This document shows positions 63,363 through 64,000 of a stretch of DNA of 64,000 nucleotides, one piece after another (positions within the stretch are counted from its first letter, which is position 1; each line of letters opens with the position of its first letter). The stretch lies in assembly GCA_002269645.1 (NCBI GenBank), contig NIVC01001831.1, positions 168,920 through 232,919 on the forward strand. The letters run 5' to 3'. Origin of the DNA: Macrostomum lignano (Eukaryota). Under the pieces are notes generated by a model. It searched no databases and was not told the origin of the DNA. It was given only the letters and a program-made list of their open reading frames with translations. The translations under genes and the position numbers were made by a program.

Positions 63363-64000
63363 TGCCTAATGATTTCTGCAAAGTTATAGTAGCTGTCGTA
63401 ATCTTTACGTAGGTTACTCCATACTTATGAAACAATGTCTTTGGAGAGCTTGATTAATATTAGGGACATTGATCAACGTCGCGGCCAATATTTTCTCATG
63501 TATTCGCTGCATTCAAGTTTGCATCGGTACTTACTTTGTAATGGATGAGGCTGAGTATAATAGGAACCTGGAGAGACAACTTGAAACATTTTTATTGAGA
63601 ATTTAATTTTTTTCAAAGGGTAAGGACCCTGCGCTGATGATTTAAAGTTTAGGATCTGGTTTAGCACGTTGCGAATTGAATGTGGGAGAAGAATGCAGAT
63701 TATTTTTCTGATTGTTTTTAGAAATGTTATGGGTGGATTTGGAGCTGTTATGCTCAGAGCATAAACCCTCAGAGCATAACAGTAGGACCTGTTATGCTCT
63801 GATTCTGTCAGGGATATATGGATGGATTTAATGGATTATGGAGGACGTTTTGTGAGCGAGTGCGACCCCCCTTTTTTCTGATTCTGTCAGGGATAATATG
63901 GATGGATTTAATGGGATTATGGACGTTTTTGGAGCAGGTGCGACCCCCTTTTTTTCTGATTCTGTCAGGGATAATATGGATGGATTTAATGGATTATGGA
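63363..64000 (-). repeat. Right TIR (runs off the window)
   Basis: Reverse complement of 48107-48758. Confidence 0.95.

Larger units (their letters stand above)
48062..64000. mobile_element. Polinton/Maverick (adintovirus-like endogenous virus), ~16 kb; right tip lies just beyond the window
   Basis: Long TIRs at both ends plus rve integrase, pPolB, adenain protease, A32 ATPase, capsid genes. Left boundary at AGTAG (48062) is inferred from typical AG termini; TIR matching is demonstrable from 48107. Confidence 0.96.

Overview
Eukaryotic (metazoan) genomic DNA. GC-rich, intron-containing host genes are interleaved with a very dense set of micro- and minisatellites. This style resembles the flatworm Macrostomum, but that is an inference and cannot be confirmed from the sequence alone. 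Host genes reconstructed by splicing are: AMPK beta subunit, a prohormone-like secreted peptide, an ankyrin-repeat protein, peroxiredoxin-5, PUF60, an F-box/WD40 protein, a peptide-type GPCR, a DUF2431/BMT5-like methyltransferase (plus a short relic copy) and the 3' four exons of ketohexokinase. The AT-rich 20.6-26.8 kb block holds a hAT-type MITE and a TIR element with an 8-bp TSD. Nested in that element is an inverted pair of Penelope-like arms carrying hammerhead-ribozyme-like motifs. The last ~16 kb (about 48.06-64 kb) is an essentially complete Polinton/Maverick (adintovirus-like endogenous DNA virus), apparently inserted in a ketohexokinase intron. It has >=650-bp TIRs that contain an ORF, rve integrase, protein-primed PolB, adenain protease, A32 packaging ATPase, major and minor capsid proteins, a parvovirus-type PLA2, an adenovirus pX-like protein and other accessory genes. 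Many of its ORFs are split by single-base frameshifts, several in homopolymer runs.
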